In this document: positions 9,943 to 19,731 of the stretch, piece after piece
How the letters are laid out: each line of letters begins with the position of its first letter
Numbering within the stretch: the stretch's first letter is position 1
Virus record (IMG/VR): IMGVR_UViG_3300044682_000021
Span: 96 to 64,095 of that record
Origin: a virus
Lineage: Duplodnaviria; Caudoviricetes
DNA: 64,000 bases
Strand: one strand, 5' to 3'
Position numbers and translations under genes: made by a program
Notes under the pieces: model-generated
Databases searched by the model: none
Told to the model about the DNA's origin: nothing
The model's input: only the letters and a program-made list of their open reading frames with translations

Positions 9943-10140
9943 CTACCACGTTGGCTTCACGCGGAGTGATTCGAGTTGCGCGTAGGTCACTGGTGTCCCC
10001 TGCACCGCTTCCAGTGACGTGATCGCGGCTTGGATGTTCTGCGCGATGGCATCGGCATCCGCAGCCGCCGATCCCTTGACGTTGGAGAGCACGCCTTCGA
10101 GCAGCATGAGTACGAAACTGACAATGTTGGCTGCGTTCAT
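9943..10140 (-). CDS. Small hypothetical protein of the lysis block
   Basis: Amphipathic ORF tightly packed after the lipoprotein gene. Confidence 0.55.
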   Translation of the reverse strand: MNAANIVSFVLMLLEGVLSNVKGSAAADADAIAQNIQAAITSLEAVQGTPVTYAQLESLRVKPTW

Positions 10141-10142
10141 GG

Positions 10143-10508
10143 CTACAGGAGTCCCTTCAGCTCAGTGACGAACAGGTTGGCGTTATTGATAGCGGATTGC
10201 AGCCCTGCGCTGGCCCCCTTGACGGGCGTGCAAGCTTGGGTGGTAGATGCAGGCGGCGACGCGGTAGACCATCCGCAGTACGCCTCGATTGCAGTCACCA
10301 GCGCGTTCTGGCCGTCGATGGCCTTAGTGATGATGGCGCAGGGCGTGGCAGTAGGCGACGCCGTACACTGCGTCTGGTATTTAGTCTGAGCCGCGCCGAG
10401 CGCGCCTTGCAGCGCGGCGGCGGTGTTACGCGCCGACTGCTCTAGCGGGGTGCAGGCGACAGTGGACAGCGTGAACGCCAGGGCTACGAGAACTACCAGT
10501 CGTCTCAT
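10143..10508 (-). CDS. Lipoprotein, possible spanin-like component
   Basis: MRR + hydrophobic stretch + lipobox TVAC; AGGAGG RBS; follows the endolysin. Confidence 0.7.
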   Translation of the reverse strand: MRRLVVLVALAFTLSTVACTPLEQSARNTAAALQGALGAAQTKYQTQCTASPTATPCAIITKAIDGQNALVTAIEAYCGWSTASPPASTTQACTPVKGASAGLQSAINNANLFVTELKGLL

Positions 10509-10536
10509 GTCAATCCTCCTTGGAACACGATACCAC

Positions 10537-10911
10537 CTATTTGTAATCCTGCAACGTTGTTGTTGGCGTCACAGGCTTGCCGAGCGCGTGCGACGCCCAG
10601 CCACAGACAAATTGCGTATACGCCGAGGGGTTGTTGGCATCGCCCGCCGGCGCATACAGGTTGAACAGATCGAGCAGGGTGGATTGCGGCGACAAGCCGT
10701 GTGAACCGTTGAACTTGGCCGTCAGGTCGTCGAGCAACGCCTGCCAGCCAAGCGCAAGGGAGTCGAAGGTCCGGTAGCCATCTCCATCCTGCGCCTGCGC
10801 GGGCTGAAACGGACGAAGGTTGCCGGGATTGCGGTTGCGCCATGAGCGTGAGTCACGGTGCCAGCCCTCGAACTGCATGATCGCATCTGCTAACGCTTCG
10901 AGGGGCGTCAT
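10537..10911 (-). CDS. Lysozyme-fold endolysin candidate
   Basis: AIMQFEG, RNRNPGNL and YAP..D.NNP..Y motifs. Confidence 0.7.
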   Translation of the reverse strand: MTPLEALADAIMQFEGWHRDSRSWRNRNPGNLRPFQPAQAQDGDGYRTFDSLALGWQALLDDLTAKFNGSHGLSPQSTLLDLFNLYAPAGDANNPSAYTQFVCGWASHALGKPVTPTTTLQDYK

Positions 10912-10956
10912 TTCTGTTTCTTCGGTTCCGGGTCTTTCGGGTCCGGGCAAGGTGGA

Positions 10957-11739
10957 TCACTCGGAGGGGGTGTCGGGTCTCCAGGTGGGCGGTTCTGCAT
11001 AGGATGCGAGTATGGGTACACCGTGACCATCCATTTCTACGCCGATTGCGGCGTGGGTTTTGTTGCTAATGTCCATACACCGATGCTCGGTGTCTTCTTG
11101 ATACTGCCAGAGAGTAATGGTCGCCCCGGCGCGGATGTCAGGCGTGAGCTTGAGCGGACCGGGACAAACGTTGAACATAAACCTCTCCCACGTATGGGCC
11201 GCGTGGTCGAATACCCAAGCATCGAAAGCCCAGTCGTCGGTTCGTTTAATAACTGCAATGTTGCGCCGAATGATAGTGTTCGCGGGGGCTTCGGTCAGGT
11301 CGCGTATCTGCTGCCGCAAGTCTACGATCGTATTGTGGTCGTGAATCGCCAGCCACGCCCAACCCATCCACGATCCAACGATCACCAGTAACATCAATGC
11401 CGCCAACCAGCGCGATATGCCGCGCTCGTCCTTTTTCGCCTTGTAGCCGGGGATGTGCCGCTCAAGCTGCTGCTTGATGACACGACCCTCTTCCTCTTCA
11501 GTCATGAGGGTCAAGGTCTTCAGGTAGCGGCGGATACTCACGATTTTGGCGTAATCCCGCAACGATGTCCCTCTCGTGCCGATCCAGCCTGATAATGTTC
11601 TTCCGTACAATAAGTAGAAGCCTCTGCCAGCGACCAAGAATGCCGAGCACAGTCCCAGATATAAGGGCAAATGCGCAACCACAGGCCCATATCTCCCAAG
11701 GCTGGAGGCTGGTGTCGAGAAAAATAGCAGCACGTTCAT
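10957..11739 (-). CDS. Membrane protein with two hydrophobic segments
   Basis: TM-like segments, a coiled coil and a Cys-containing C-terminal domain; lower GC than its neighbours. Confidence 0.5.
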   Translation of the reverse strand: MNVLLFFSTPASSLGRYGPVVAHLPLYLGLCSAFLVAGRGFYLLYGRTLSGWIGTRGTSLRDYAKIVSIRRYLKTLTLMTEEEEGRVIKQQLERHIPGYKAKKDERGISRWLAALMLLVIVGSWMGWAWLAIHDHNTIVDLRQQIRDLTEAPANTIIRRNIAVIKRTDDWAFDAWVFDHAAHTWERFMFNVCPGPLKLTPDIRAGATITLWQYQEDTEHRCMDISNKTHAAIGVEMDGHGVPILASYAEPPTWRPDTPSE

Positions 11740-11813
11740 GCACGGCGCTTCCAGTTTTTACGATATTTCAATCCTCGGCACATAGCAAGCCTAAAATTTA
11801 CGAATCCCGAACG

Positions 11814-12722
11814 TTAAGCCCAGACAATCCCTTGCTCCTCGGCCAGAATTTTTTCTCGCGGCCCCGAACTTTGTTCGTCATAGTCTGAAAGCGTGAGGAT
11901 GGCAATCACCGGCGTGGCCGGGTTGATCGTCGCCAACTGTTGCAACGAGAATTGACCCGCAAACGACTCCAGAATACGCGCAGGACCGCCCCAGACGGAG
12001 TTCGCCAGATTCCTTACCCCCCCAGCAGCATCGAATGCCGTTTGGCTCTGTACGCCCACCGGAAGCGGCTGGCCGCTATCGTCAAACGACTTACAGAAGG
12101 ACGCAATCTGCATCGCGGGATTCGCGTGCTGTGACTTGAGATTGGCAACCGCCGCCGCATTGCGGGCAGGAGAGTCTGAGATATCTGGGATGTCGATCCA
12201 ACTGAAGCCGGAGCCCTGAGCGAGAAACTTGTACGAGGGGAAAGTCTTTGCCAGCGTAGTCAGGTTCGCGCCCGTATTGAAGTCCAGAATCCACTTCTCA
12301 GGGCAGTAGGACGACGCATTGAGCATCGACACGGTTGAGGCAGTTTGAAGCGCAGTTGTGACGTTGGCAGTGATCGTAACTTGCGCTGCCGCGACTTCAG
12401 CAGGGGTATTGTAAAGCCACTTCTGCATCCCCCCAGGATCGAGCAAGAGAGCAAACTGAAGTCCCACCGTCTTGCACGCCGCCGACATCGCCAGCGCAGC
12501 CGCATTGCACGATGTTGCCCACGGACCCTGCCACGTCCCGATGCACAGCGAGACGCCATCCGACTTCATCAGTTTCGCTTTTTGTAGCGCCACAGCAGGA
12601 TTGGTAGGATCGTAAGGTATAGCACGATGAACATGACCGTCGCCGTTATAGCAAATGTCGTGTGCAGCCAAACGCCCACTCCACGTTGGTAGCGTCTTTT
12701 GAACGAGTTCAAGCGATGTCAT
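11814..12722 (-). CDS. Glycoside hydrolase-like TIM barrel (GH71/GH99-like)
   Basis: YDPTNPAVALQKAKLMKSDGV...TWQG, FALLLD, and TLSDYDE resembling TWNDYEE. Confidence 0.55.
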   Translation of the reverse strand: MTSLELVQKTLPTWSGRLAAHDICYNGDGHVHRAIPYDPTNPAVALQKAKLMKSDGVSLCIGTWQGPWATSCNAAALAMSAACKTVGLQFALLLDPGGMQKWLYNTPAEVAAAQVTITANVTTALQTASTVSMLNASSYCPEKWILDFNTGANLTTLAKTFPSYKFLAQGSGFSWIDIPDISDSPARNAAAVANLKSQHANPAMQIASFCKSFDDSGQPLPVGVQSQTAFDAAGGVRNLANSVWGGPARILESFAGQFSLQQLATINPATPVIAILTLSDYDEQSSGPREKILAEEQGIVWA

Positions 12723-12740
12723 TTCTCCTCCAGCATCTCT

Positions 12741-13013
12741 CTAGGGTGTTACCGTAACCTGGTTGCTCGGTTTAGAGGTGACATTCCACCAGTTTGTGTC
12801 CGTAATCACACAATAGAACGTCTCTCCGGTTGTCATGTCGATGGTCGTCGTGGAGGCTGTTGGCTGCAATTGAAGCGTCGCAAAGGTATAAGGCCCTCCT
12901 GAGACTTTCCCGCACGCCAGCGTCTGATGAGTAATGCCGATGGCGGAGCTGGGCTTCCATGAGAACTGCACGGGCGTATTCGTGAGTGCGAGTAAAAGAA
13001 AGAAACTCATCAT
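12741..13013 (-). CDS. Small FN3-like protein with hydrophobic N-terminus
   Basis: FSWKPS...GKVSGGPY...FYCVIT...SKPSNQV. Confidence 0.65.
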   Translation of the reverse strand: MMSFFLLLALTNTPVQFSWKPSSAIGITHQTLACGKVSGGPYTFATLQLQPTASTTTIDMTTGETFYCVITDTNWWNVTSKPSNQVTVTP

Positions 13014-13246
13014 GTGATAATCCCCCTTCGCATGGCCATGGCAACGGCGTTCGGGCTGCTATCTGCGCCCAGTTTGATCAAAGCGATAGAGCGATATTTC
13101 TTTACTGTCGAGAGCGCCAACCCCCAATCTTTCGCAATATCCTCGTACTTCACACCGTCTGCCATAGCTTGCAATACTCGGCGCTGGCCTGCGGTGAGCA
13201 CCCTCGATTCGCCCGATATGAGCAACCTCGGCATTAACTCCCCCAA
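13010..13246 (-). CDS. Stand-alone LuxR/GerE-type HTH regulator
   Basis: LTAGQRRVLQAMADGVKYEDIAKDWGLALSTVKKY...KLG. Confidence 0.85.
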   Translation of the reverse strand: MGELMPRLLISGESRVLTAGQRRVLQAMADGVKYEDIAKDWGLALSTVKKYRSIALIKLGADSSPNAVAMAMRRGIIT

Positions 13247-13272
13247 TTTCTTGCGGAGCCTTCAGCGTAGCG

Positions 13273-13413
13273 TCATTTCTTCTCCAACATCTCTAACTCT
13301 TTCCGCAACAAAATGATGTGGTAAGCGATCCAACGAGCAAGTCCCGTATCCGTCGCCAGAGCCAGTTCGCGCTCAAACTTCTTGACCTCCTGCTCGATTT
13401 GCTTGCGGTCCAT
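13273..13413 (-). CDS. Small hypothetical protein (46 aa)
   Basis: Manual: MDRKQIEQEVKKFERELAL...; fills the gap. Confidence 0.45.
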   Translation of the reverse strand: MDRKQIEQEVKKFERELALATDTGLARWIAYHIILLRKELEMLEKK

Positions 13414-13414
13414 C

Positions 13415-13864
13415 TCATTTGTCAGCGCTCATGTCTGGAAAGGGGGGCGGGTCCGGTACAGGAATCGGCGCATCCGCTGCCATCGCGGTTTCTTCAAGTA
13501 CCTTGTCCATCACGCCCAGCATCAAGGCTGCACTTGAACGCTGCTGGGGCGTGATGTCTGGGTGCGTGTCTACCGCTCGCAGGCTCAATAGTTCCTTGAG
13601 CCGTAGCCGCGAGGCGTCGCTCAACTGCAACGGACGGGCTTCTAATTGTTCCAGCAGTTGATCCATTTCGGCATAGCGCGGATGCGGATGGTGCAGTTCA
13701 GCCGCGATACGAGACTCAACCTGCTTCCAGAGAGGGCTGACCTGAGTAGTCACGATGGCCATCTTGTCTTCTAGATCGCGAAGCCTGCCATAGAGCGCCG
13801 CAATTGCAGCCAGCAGAGCGGCGAACATGGCCACCGTCACGCCGATAATGATCCCGCTGTTCAT
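13415..13864 (-). CDS. Single-TM coiled-coil protein (lysis-associated)
   Basis: N-terminal TM helix followed by a helical domain. Confidence 0.55.
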   Translation of the reverse strand: MNSGIIIGVTVAMFAALLAAIAALYGRLRDLEDKMAIVTTQVSPLWKQVESRIAAELHHPHPRYAEMDQLLEQLEARPLQLSDASRLRLKELLSLRAVDTHPDITPQQRSSAALMLGVMDKVLEETAMAADAPIPVPDPPPFPDMSADK

Positions 13865-13923
13865 GTCAGCAGACGCAACGGGCGGCATCCTTACGTGCGA
13901 AGTGGCATGCGTGAGGGACATAA

Positions 13924-14103
13924 TCAAGGAAGCATCTCGCTCAAACTCCAGCAGAACAATCCCGCCGCGATTAGAGTAGCGTTGTACCACGGCCACGGGG
14001 TAGCACGCGCCACTACGGAACCGAGCGCAGCAAGGAAAAACAACACTACCGCGAGCAGCATTAGAAAATCGGAAATACCAAACGATCCATGTCTTGTTCT
14101 CAT
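13924..14103 (-). CDS. Two-TM small membrane protein
   Basis: 59 aa, two hydrophobic helices, GGAGG RBS. Confidence 0.6.
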   Translation of the reverse strand: MRTRHGSFGISDFLMLLAVVLFFLAALGSVVARATPWPWYNATLIAAGLFCWSLSEMLP

Positions 14104-14104
14104 A

Positions 14105-14392
14105 TCAGTGGCCTCCTTTGGCCACAGGATTTGATGCAGGCAATGCCTCGACCGCAGCGACCTGCGTAGCAGTTTGGACTTCCGCGACGGTGCTATGCGT
14201 GGTCCCGTCCTTAGCAGCGGCCAAGCCAGCGCCAATCGCAGCTAGCGCAACCGAAACCAGGACTTGCCGCCAGTTTACGGGCTGATGGCTACCCCAGGCT
14301 GTTATAGCCGAAATAAATCCCGGCACGCTGGATAAAAATGCACACAGTCCAGCGAGTGAAGTCTTCCAGTTACGTGTGATCGTTTGCCACAT
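14105..14392 (-). CDS. Putative holin
   Basis: NWKTSLAG motif, two TM helices, AAKD; AAGGAGG RBS. Confidence 0.7.
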   Translation of the reverse strand: MWQTITRNWKTSLAGLCAFLSSVPGFISAITAWGSHQPVNWRQVLVSVALAAIGAGLAAAKDGTTHSTVAEVQTATQVAAVEALPASNPVAKGGH

Positions 14393-14452
14393 ATTCCTCC
14401 TTATCGTAGCCTAAAATCACTCCAAAATCGAATTGACTGCCTGTATGCCCCC

Positions 14453-17400
14453 TCACTGCAAATGCACGATGAAGGTGTCGCAGCGTGGATTTCCAAGCGA
14501 GTCGTTGCCCAGCCCCAGCAGCATTCCACTGGCAACCATGGCCCAATTGCCATCTTGGGAAACGCTCATGATGCTGTACTGGCAGCCAAATTCGTAATCA
14601 CCCTGTCCCCCGCAGGTCGCATACGCCGAGTCGGAAGTAGTGTTGCAGCTATAGGTATGCCCGAAGTAGGTGCGTGTCTTACCGGGCGGATACGCGCTCA
14701 CCGCGCTTGGGTAGTCTGCGAAGATCGCATTCCCGCCAGTAATGGGGCAGGCGTTCGGATTGCCGCAACCCGAGTCTTGCCCGGATGATAGTAGCCCGTA
14801 AGCTGTCTGCACGTAAGGATAATCGTCAGCTTGATCCGGCTGTGCCCAGAAGCCATGCGCGGCCCAAGGTGTGCCCGTCTGATACTGTTGATAGGTCAGA
14901 ACATTTGACAGAGCGCGAGTAGAAACCGGAGCGCCCGTAGATTCCTCGTTGACCATTCGGCTGGTTCCAACCGAGTCATGCCCTCCGCAATATAACCCTC
15001 CGAGTCCTGAAACGTTCGCGCTGCAATACTGCGTATACTGTGTCCCAACATTCCAAATCGAGAACATCGTGCCTACACTTGCGCCCGCACAAGCTCCTAA
15101 AGTCCATGCCGGAGTTGCCTCGCTGATAACGACCTCAGTCCCATCGCCCGAGAATTGCGCGTCGTGAATCGTTCCGCCGGAGCAGGTACAATTCTGTCCA
15201 GTCGTGCAGGTATTGGCTACCGCCAGCGTGCCAGAGGGTGAGGCGGCTCCAAAGTTCCAGTACTGCTGCCCCAAAGGATTCGTCGTAGCGTTGTAGACCC
15301 CCGTGTTTTCCACTGCACAGCCTAGCGTCGTGTCGTAGACCACGACCCACACGCCCGTGCCTTGCCCTCCTGTATTGCTGAGACTCAATGCGAATCTAGT
15401 GTCTCCGTTGGAAATGCCCAGAATGCCGCTCCACGTCCAGCCAGATAAGCCTGACAAGGCTGGGCAGTTGGAAACGTCGTAGACCAGCGTGGAAGTGTAG
15501 GACTTGTTGTAGGGAAGGGTGATCGTGTTCTTTTCGATCTGCGTGGAGTTTTTAATGTTATAGAAAACGTTGTCGGTGACTTTGGAGAATCCAAAGGGAC
15601 CGGGAACTCCGATGCCACCCGATCCTGTGATATTTCCAGTATTTAGCACTTGGGCACAATTGCCGCTCACATTCAGATTCAGAAGATAAACGTAGCCACC
15701 CTCCGTAGTTCCCACAAAGTCTGAGTTCTTCGACCACATGATGTCATTGTCGCCCCCGGAGTAGGTATTATTCCCAACTGACTTTCCACCAAGCGTGGTC
15801 GAGTCCGTGGCGCGGGTATAGCAGTCGGTTCCAAAAGGATTGTAGGAGGTGTCGTAAGCGATCTGGTTCACGCCAGTGGTCCCGGTAAAGAGCGCTGTGA
15901 CCGTCCCTGGATTTGTTGTGGAGGTGGTAGAGCAGTAGTAGTTAGGAGCGCCGCATAGCGTCCGGCCGATGGTGAACGAGACATTTGTTGGCGGTTGTGT
16001 GCCGAGGCGATACCCTGCTCCAAGGAAAAGGGACATGGCAGCCTGATACGTATTGATTTGTGGCTGATAGTTGACGGTCGGACCACACTGCGCCTCGTTA
16101 GTAGAACAGTAAGTGGTGTTGTCCAGCGCCAGCAGGACATCGCCTGCTGGCCAAGCCTGATTACCGATTCCTGAATTGGGATTGTTGGTCGGCGCGGTCG
16201 CGTACATCTCGAAAATGTGGTCGCAGATATGAACCGTTCCGCCGTTGAGGCCCGTCGTACACATGGACACAAGGAACGGCAGGATGCCGGGGAAGCCCGC
16301 AGAGCAATAGGTTGATCCCGATGGCAATGGCCCCAGCGGGCCTGTGATGTTGGCCGCGCAATCCAGCGGCGTAGAGCCTGTCAGCGTTTGGTGGACGTGG
16401 TACATCGTCTGGCCGCAGGCGTTGGTAGAGAAGCGCGAGAAATTGTAAGGCCAGTCGCCGCTGAAGATGTTGGTGGACACGAGCGGGTAGTTGGCCGGAT
16501 TCTGTAAGGCCACTATGTCGTTCACCTGCACGCCGTTGGTGCCAATCGCGGTAGCGCACAAGTCGTGGCCGAGTTGCGCTTCCTGATCCGCATAGGTCTG
16601 GTCGGACCCAACAATGTGCATATCGAAGTCCACCGTCATCGTCGGCCCTGCGGCCATAATTACTTGGTCGTACATCTTGACGCCGCTGAGTGCCTGCGCG
16701 CGTTGCTGGTTGGTGGTCGAGCCGTAGTTTGGCCATAGGCCAGAATTAACGCCGAGAATGGAGATTTCTCCGCCTTCCCAGCCGGGACGGATGTAGCCGA
16801 CCTTGCCGTTATAGTGCGGAATCGCGGCGTCGATCACCTGCGTCTGCCACGCCGAGATGGGAGGCTCGGTGGGGATCGGCTCGGACTCGTAGAGTTGCGT
16901 CAAGGTACACGCGCCGAGATTGTTGATGTTGATGACGAAGCCAGCGCCGGTCGTCCAGCAGCCGCCGCAGGTGTAATTCGCGCTACAGTAGCCGTCCTGT
17001 GGCGGGGCGTGAGCGCCACTGCTCACTGAACTCAATGTGAAGGTGCAAGTCCCATCGGTGTACGGCCCTGCTCCCGTGAAGGTAAGCGTCCCGGTGGAAA
17101 TGTTGCAGGTGTTGTCGAGCGACGGCGATGTGTAGGAGTTGTTGGACACCACCCAATACTTCCCGTTCTGGAGCACGTACTGGCCGGGGAGGTAGGGATT
17201 GGCACCAAGGCCGTAGCCAACAAAGGTAGCGTCCGCCTGCGCCTGCGAGAACACACACTGAGGCGTGAAGGAGTTGGTCCCGCCCTCCGTTGCCGAGGAT
17301 AGGATAAGGCTGGTCGAGTAGGCTGCTACGATGGGGTCCCACAGCGCAAACCCTGCGGTGAACGATGGCGCACATGCCCCTGTGCCCGTCTCCTGGTCGA

Positions 17401-19339
17401 ATCCGCTCGTTCCCCCGAGGCCCACGATGATCGTCTGGCCGCTGAGGAGTTGGTTATTCTGCGCGAGCACAGCTTGATAGGCGCTAGCGTCAGTTCCAGT
17501 CGGCACGGGAGGCTGGACCGAGTGAATCGTGTTTCCGTTGCCGACGTTCCCGACGGTGCTTATGTTGTATGTGTTCGTCGCGACTAGGCTGTTGGCGTAC
17601 CCTCCGCCCCCAGCAGAAATGTAGAGGGTGGACGAAGCGCTGATCGGGATCGCTCCTGTGTAAAGGACGCCCGTGGAACAAGCCGTGCCAAGGCTATTTA
17701 CTGCCGGTGCGCCGGTAAAGTTATAGCACTGCAATGGGGCAATGTCTGTGCAGGCAACGGACTGAGTCGCACCGTAGGTGCCACCGGGAGGAGTACAGGA
17801 CGGCGCTGGGGCAGTTAGGGTAAAGTAGGCGGACACAGACATCGCGGCAGACATGGTGACGACGCACGGCGCGGTGCCCGTGCAGACGCCGACCCAGCCG
17901 GAGAAGATACTCCCGGCGGATGCCGTGGCGGTCAGGGTGACCTGTGTGCCCGTATTCACATTCTCCGAGCAGATTGTAGGGCAGGAGATGCCGGCGGGAC
18001 TGCTGGTCACAGTGCCAGCACCCGTACCACCAGTGGTGACGGTAAGTGGATAGGTGACGATTGATGTAACCGTTAGCGTGAAGTCTTGATAGTAAACCGT
18101 CGAATTAAGCCCCAGCGCCTCAAAGATCAAAGGGTAGCTGCCGGTGACGGTCGGTGTCCCACTAAGTATCCCCGGCGAAACACCAGTAGGGTCACTGAAC
18201 GACACCCCGGCAGGCAGCGTCCCAGAGGTCAAGGCAATCGATGGAGCAGGATAACCTGTGGCGGTTACATCGAAAGAACTTGCCTGACCCTTGGTGAAGG
18301 TAGAGCTAGTCGCTGAGGTGAATACCGGATAGGCGTATACGGTGATGGTGAAACTTTGGGTTGCGTTCGGGGAAATACCATTCGCCGCCGTGATGGTAAT
18401 CGGAAAGACTCCACCCGCTCCAGTGGGTGTTCCGAAAAGAGTTCCGCTGGCAGTTAACGTGATGCCGGGAGGGAGAGCGCCTGTCTCCGTGAAGGTCGGC
18501 GGAGGGAATCCGGTAGCGGCAACAGTAAAACTTCCTGCGCTGCCGACTGTAAATGAGGTATTGTTTGCGCTTGTGAATGCCGGGGCGCTGGTTCCCGTGG
18601 CAGCACCAAATGTCATTTCGTCAATATAAACGCCGAGTGTGCCCCCGGCTGAATCGCTGCTCACGTCAAATTGCATCCCCCGGTCATCTGAATGGGTATT
18701 TACCCCCGAAGGATAAGACACGTTAAGATTGTATTTAGTGCCGTCCTGGATAATGTAGTCGTAATACTCGCAGGGCACCCCGCCGCAAGAGGTGTCGCCG
18801 GGGACCCGATGGGCCTGAAACGAAATCTGGTGCCATGCGCCGCTGGTGAATGGGCAGGGCACGGCAGGGGAGGTGGGTTCCCATGTGGTCGTACCCGCGT
18901 TCCACAATGACCAGATTACCGCTGTGCCATTCAGGCCGCATTGCGTGCCAAACATATAACGCACGGAGCCGGAGAACAGGTACATGTCTTGCCCGAAGAT
19001 TTGAAATGGCGCAGTGTTGACGATATAGGCATAATACGAACCAAAAAAGTAAGTGTCCGCATCATTCGCCCCCACGCTGCGCCCGAACTCAATATTGGCA
19101 TAGTCCGTTCCCACATCTTCGAGATACATGGAGTTCCCGTCGATGGATGGAGAGGCGTTGAGATAGGTTTGCGCCCACGCCGTAGGAGTGGAATTGCCTC
19201 CAGCGCAACCGGGCGGCGGCAAAGCACCGCACGGAGGATTCTGCCAACCCGTCGATGAGTCGTCCAGATTGTAGTAGGACTGGCCCATGGCCGTCAGCGA
19301 CAGCAGGCACAGCGCCATCAATATGAGCAGGCATCGCAT
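14453..19339 (-). CDS. 1628-aa multidomain adhesin/depolymerase-like protein with signal peptide
   Basis: MRCLLILMALCLLSLTAMG-Q; lectin-like domain, two putative-Ig repeats (PAFTSA..TFTVG), InlB-B-like repeat, CHB_HEX/Fn3-associated-like domain, GH-like and propeller-like regions; many Cys. Confidence 0.7.
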   Translation of the reverse strand: MRCLLILMALCLLSLTAMGQSYYNLDDSSTGWQNPPCGALPPPGCAGGNSTPTAWAQTYLNASPSIDGNSMYLEDVGTDYANIEFGRSVGANDADTYFFGSYYAYIVNTAPFQIFGQDMYLFSGSVRYMFGTQCGLNGTAVIWSLWNAGTTTWEPTSPAVPCPFTSGAWHQISFQAHRVPGDTSCGGVPCEYYDYIIQDGTKYNLNVSYPSGVNTHSDDRGMQFDVSSDSAGGTLGVYIDEMTFGAATGTSAPAFTSANNTSFTVGSAGSFTVAATGFPPPTFTETGALPPGITLTASGTLFGTPTGAGGVFPITITAANGISPNATQSFTITVYAYPVFTSATSSTFTKGQASSFDVTATGYPAPSIALTSGTLPAGVSFSDPTGVSPGILSGTPTVTGSYPLIFEALGLNSTVYYQDFTLTVTSIVTYPLTVTTGGTGAGTVTSSPAGISCPTICSENVNTGTQVTLTATASAGSIFSGWVGVCTGTAPCVVTMSAAMSVSAYFTLTAPAPSCTPPGGTYGATQSVACTDIAPLQCYNFTGAPAVNSLGTACSTGVLYTGAIPISASSTLYISAGGGGYANSLVATNTYNISTVGNVGNGNTIHSVQPPVPTGTDASAYQAVLAQNNQLLSGQTIIVGLGGTSGFDQETGTGACAPSFTAGFALWDPIVAAYSTSLILSSATEGGTNSFTPQCVFSQAQADATFVGYGLGANPYLPGQYVLQNGKYWVVSNNSYTSPSLDNTCNISTGTLTFTGAGPYTDGTCTFTLSSVSSGAHAPPQDGYCSANYTCGGCWTTGAGFVININNLGACTLTQLYESEPIPTEPPISAWQTQVIDAAIPHYNGKVGYIRPGWEGGEISILGVNSGLWPNYGSTTNQQRAQALSGVKMYDQVIMAAGPTMTVDFDMHIVGSDQTYADQEAQLGHDLCATAIGTNGVQVNDIVALQNPANYPLVSTNIFSGDWPYNFSRFSTNACGQTMYHVHQTLTGSTPLDCAANITGPLGPLPSGSTYCSAGFPGILPFLVSMCTTGLNGGTVHICDHIFEMYATAPTNNPNSGIGNQAWPAGDVLLALDNTTYCSTNEAQCGPTVNYQPQINTYQAAMSLFLGAGYRLGTQPPTNVSFTIGRTLCGAPNYYCSTTSTTNPGTVTALFTGTTGVNQIAYDTSYNPFGTDCYTRATDSTTLGGKSVGNNTYSGGDNDIMWSKNSDFVGTTEGGYVYLLNLNVSGNCAQVLNTGNITGSGGIGVPGPFGFSKVTDNVFYNIKNSTQIEKNTITLPYNKSYTSTLVYDVSNCPALSGLSGWTWSGILGISNGDTRFALSLSNTGGQGTGVWVVVYDTTLGCAVENTGVYNATTNPLGQQYWNFGAASPSGTLAVANTCTTGQNCTCSGGTIHDAQFSGDGTEVVISEATPAWTLGACAGASVGTMFSIWNVGTQYTQYCSANVSGLGGLYCGGHDSVGTSRMVNEESTGAPVSTRALSNVLTYQQYQTGTPWAAHGFWAQPDQADDYPYVQTAYGLLSSGQDSGCGNPNACPITGGNAIFADYPSAVSAYPPGKTRTYFGHTYSCNTTSDSAYATCGGQGDYEFGCQYSIMSVSQDGNWAMVASGMLLGLGNDSLGNPRCDTFIVHLQ

Positions 19340-19731
19340 TAGGGGGCGGTCCAAGTGGTCGTGGATACACTCTGGCCCTGTGGCGGAACAGGCACAACGG
19401 TGGGACTCGATGGCCCGCTCGTGCCGCACGGCGTCGTAAGCGGGCTAGTCGGCCCGCACGCCGGGTAGAGCGCGACTACGGAGTATCCGTAGGCCACGCC
19501 GACCGTCTCTTGAATCGTGATTGTCGGGTTCGTCAGCGGTGAAGCGTTGACGGGTGTACCCGTGACCACCGGAGTGCAGGAAGTCGCCGGAGGAGCAATC
19601 GCGCAACTAAATACGTTGAAGCCAGTAGCGCCTGTAGGAGTGTTCCACGTTCCGATTACGGGCCGGGTGGCCGCCTGTGCGAAGGCTAAGGCTGCCGCAA
19701 GTACCACCAGAAGGGGGAGTAGTTTTCTCAT
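19339..19731 (-). CDS. Secreted FN3-like protein (130 aa)
   Basis: MRKLLPLLVVLAAALAFA-Q signal; W...GFNVF...YSVVA; four Cys. Confidence 0.7.
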   Translation of the reverse strand: MRKLLPLLVVLAAALAFAQAATRPVIGTWNTPTGATGFNVFSCAIAPPATSCTPVVTGTPVNASPLTNPTITIQETVGVAYGYSVVALYPACGPTSPLTTPCGTSGPSSPTVVPVPPQGQSVSTTTWTAP

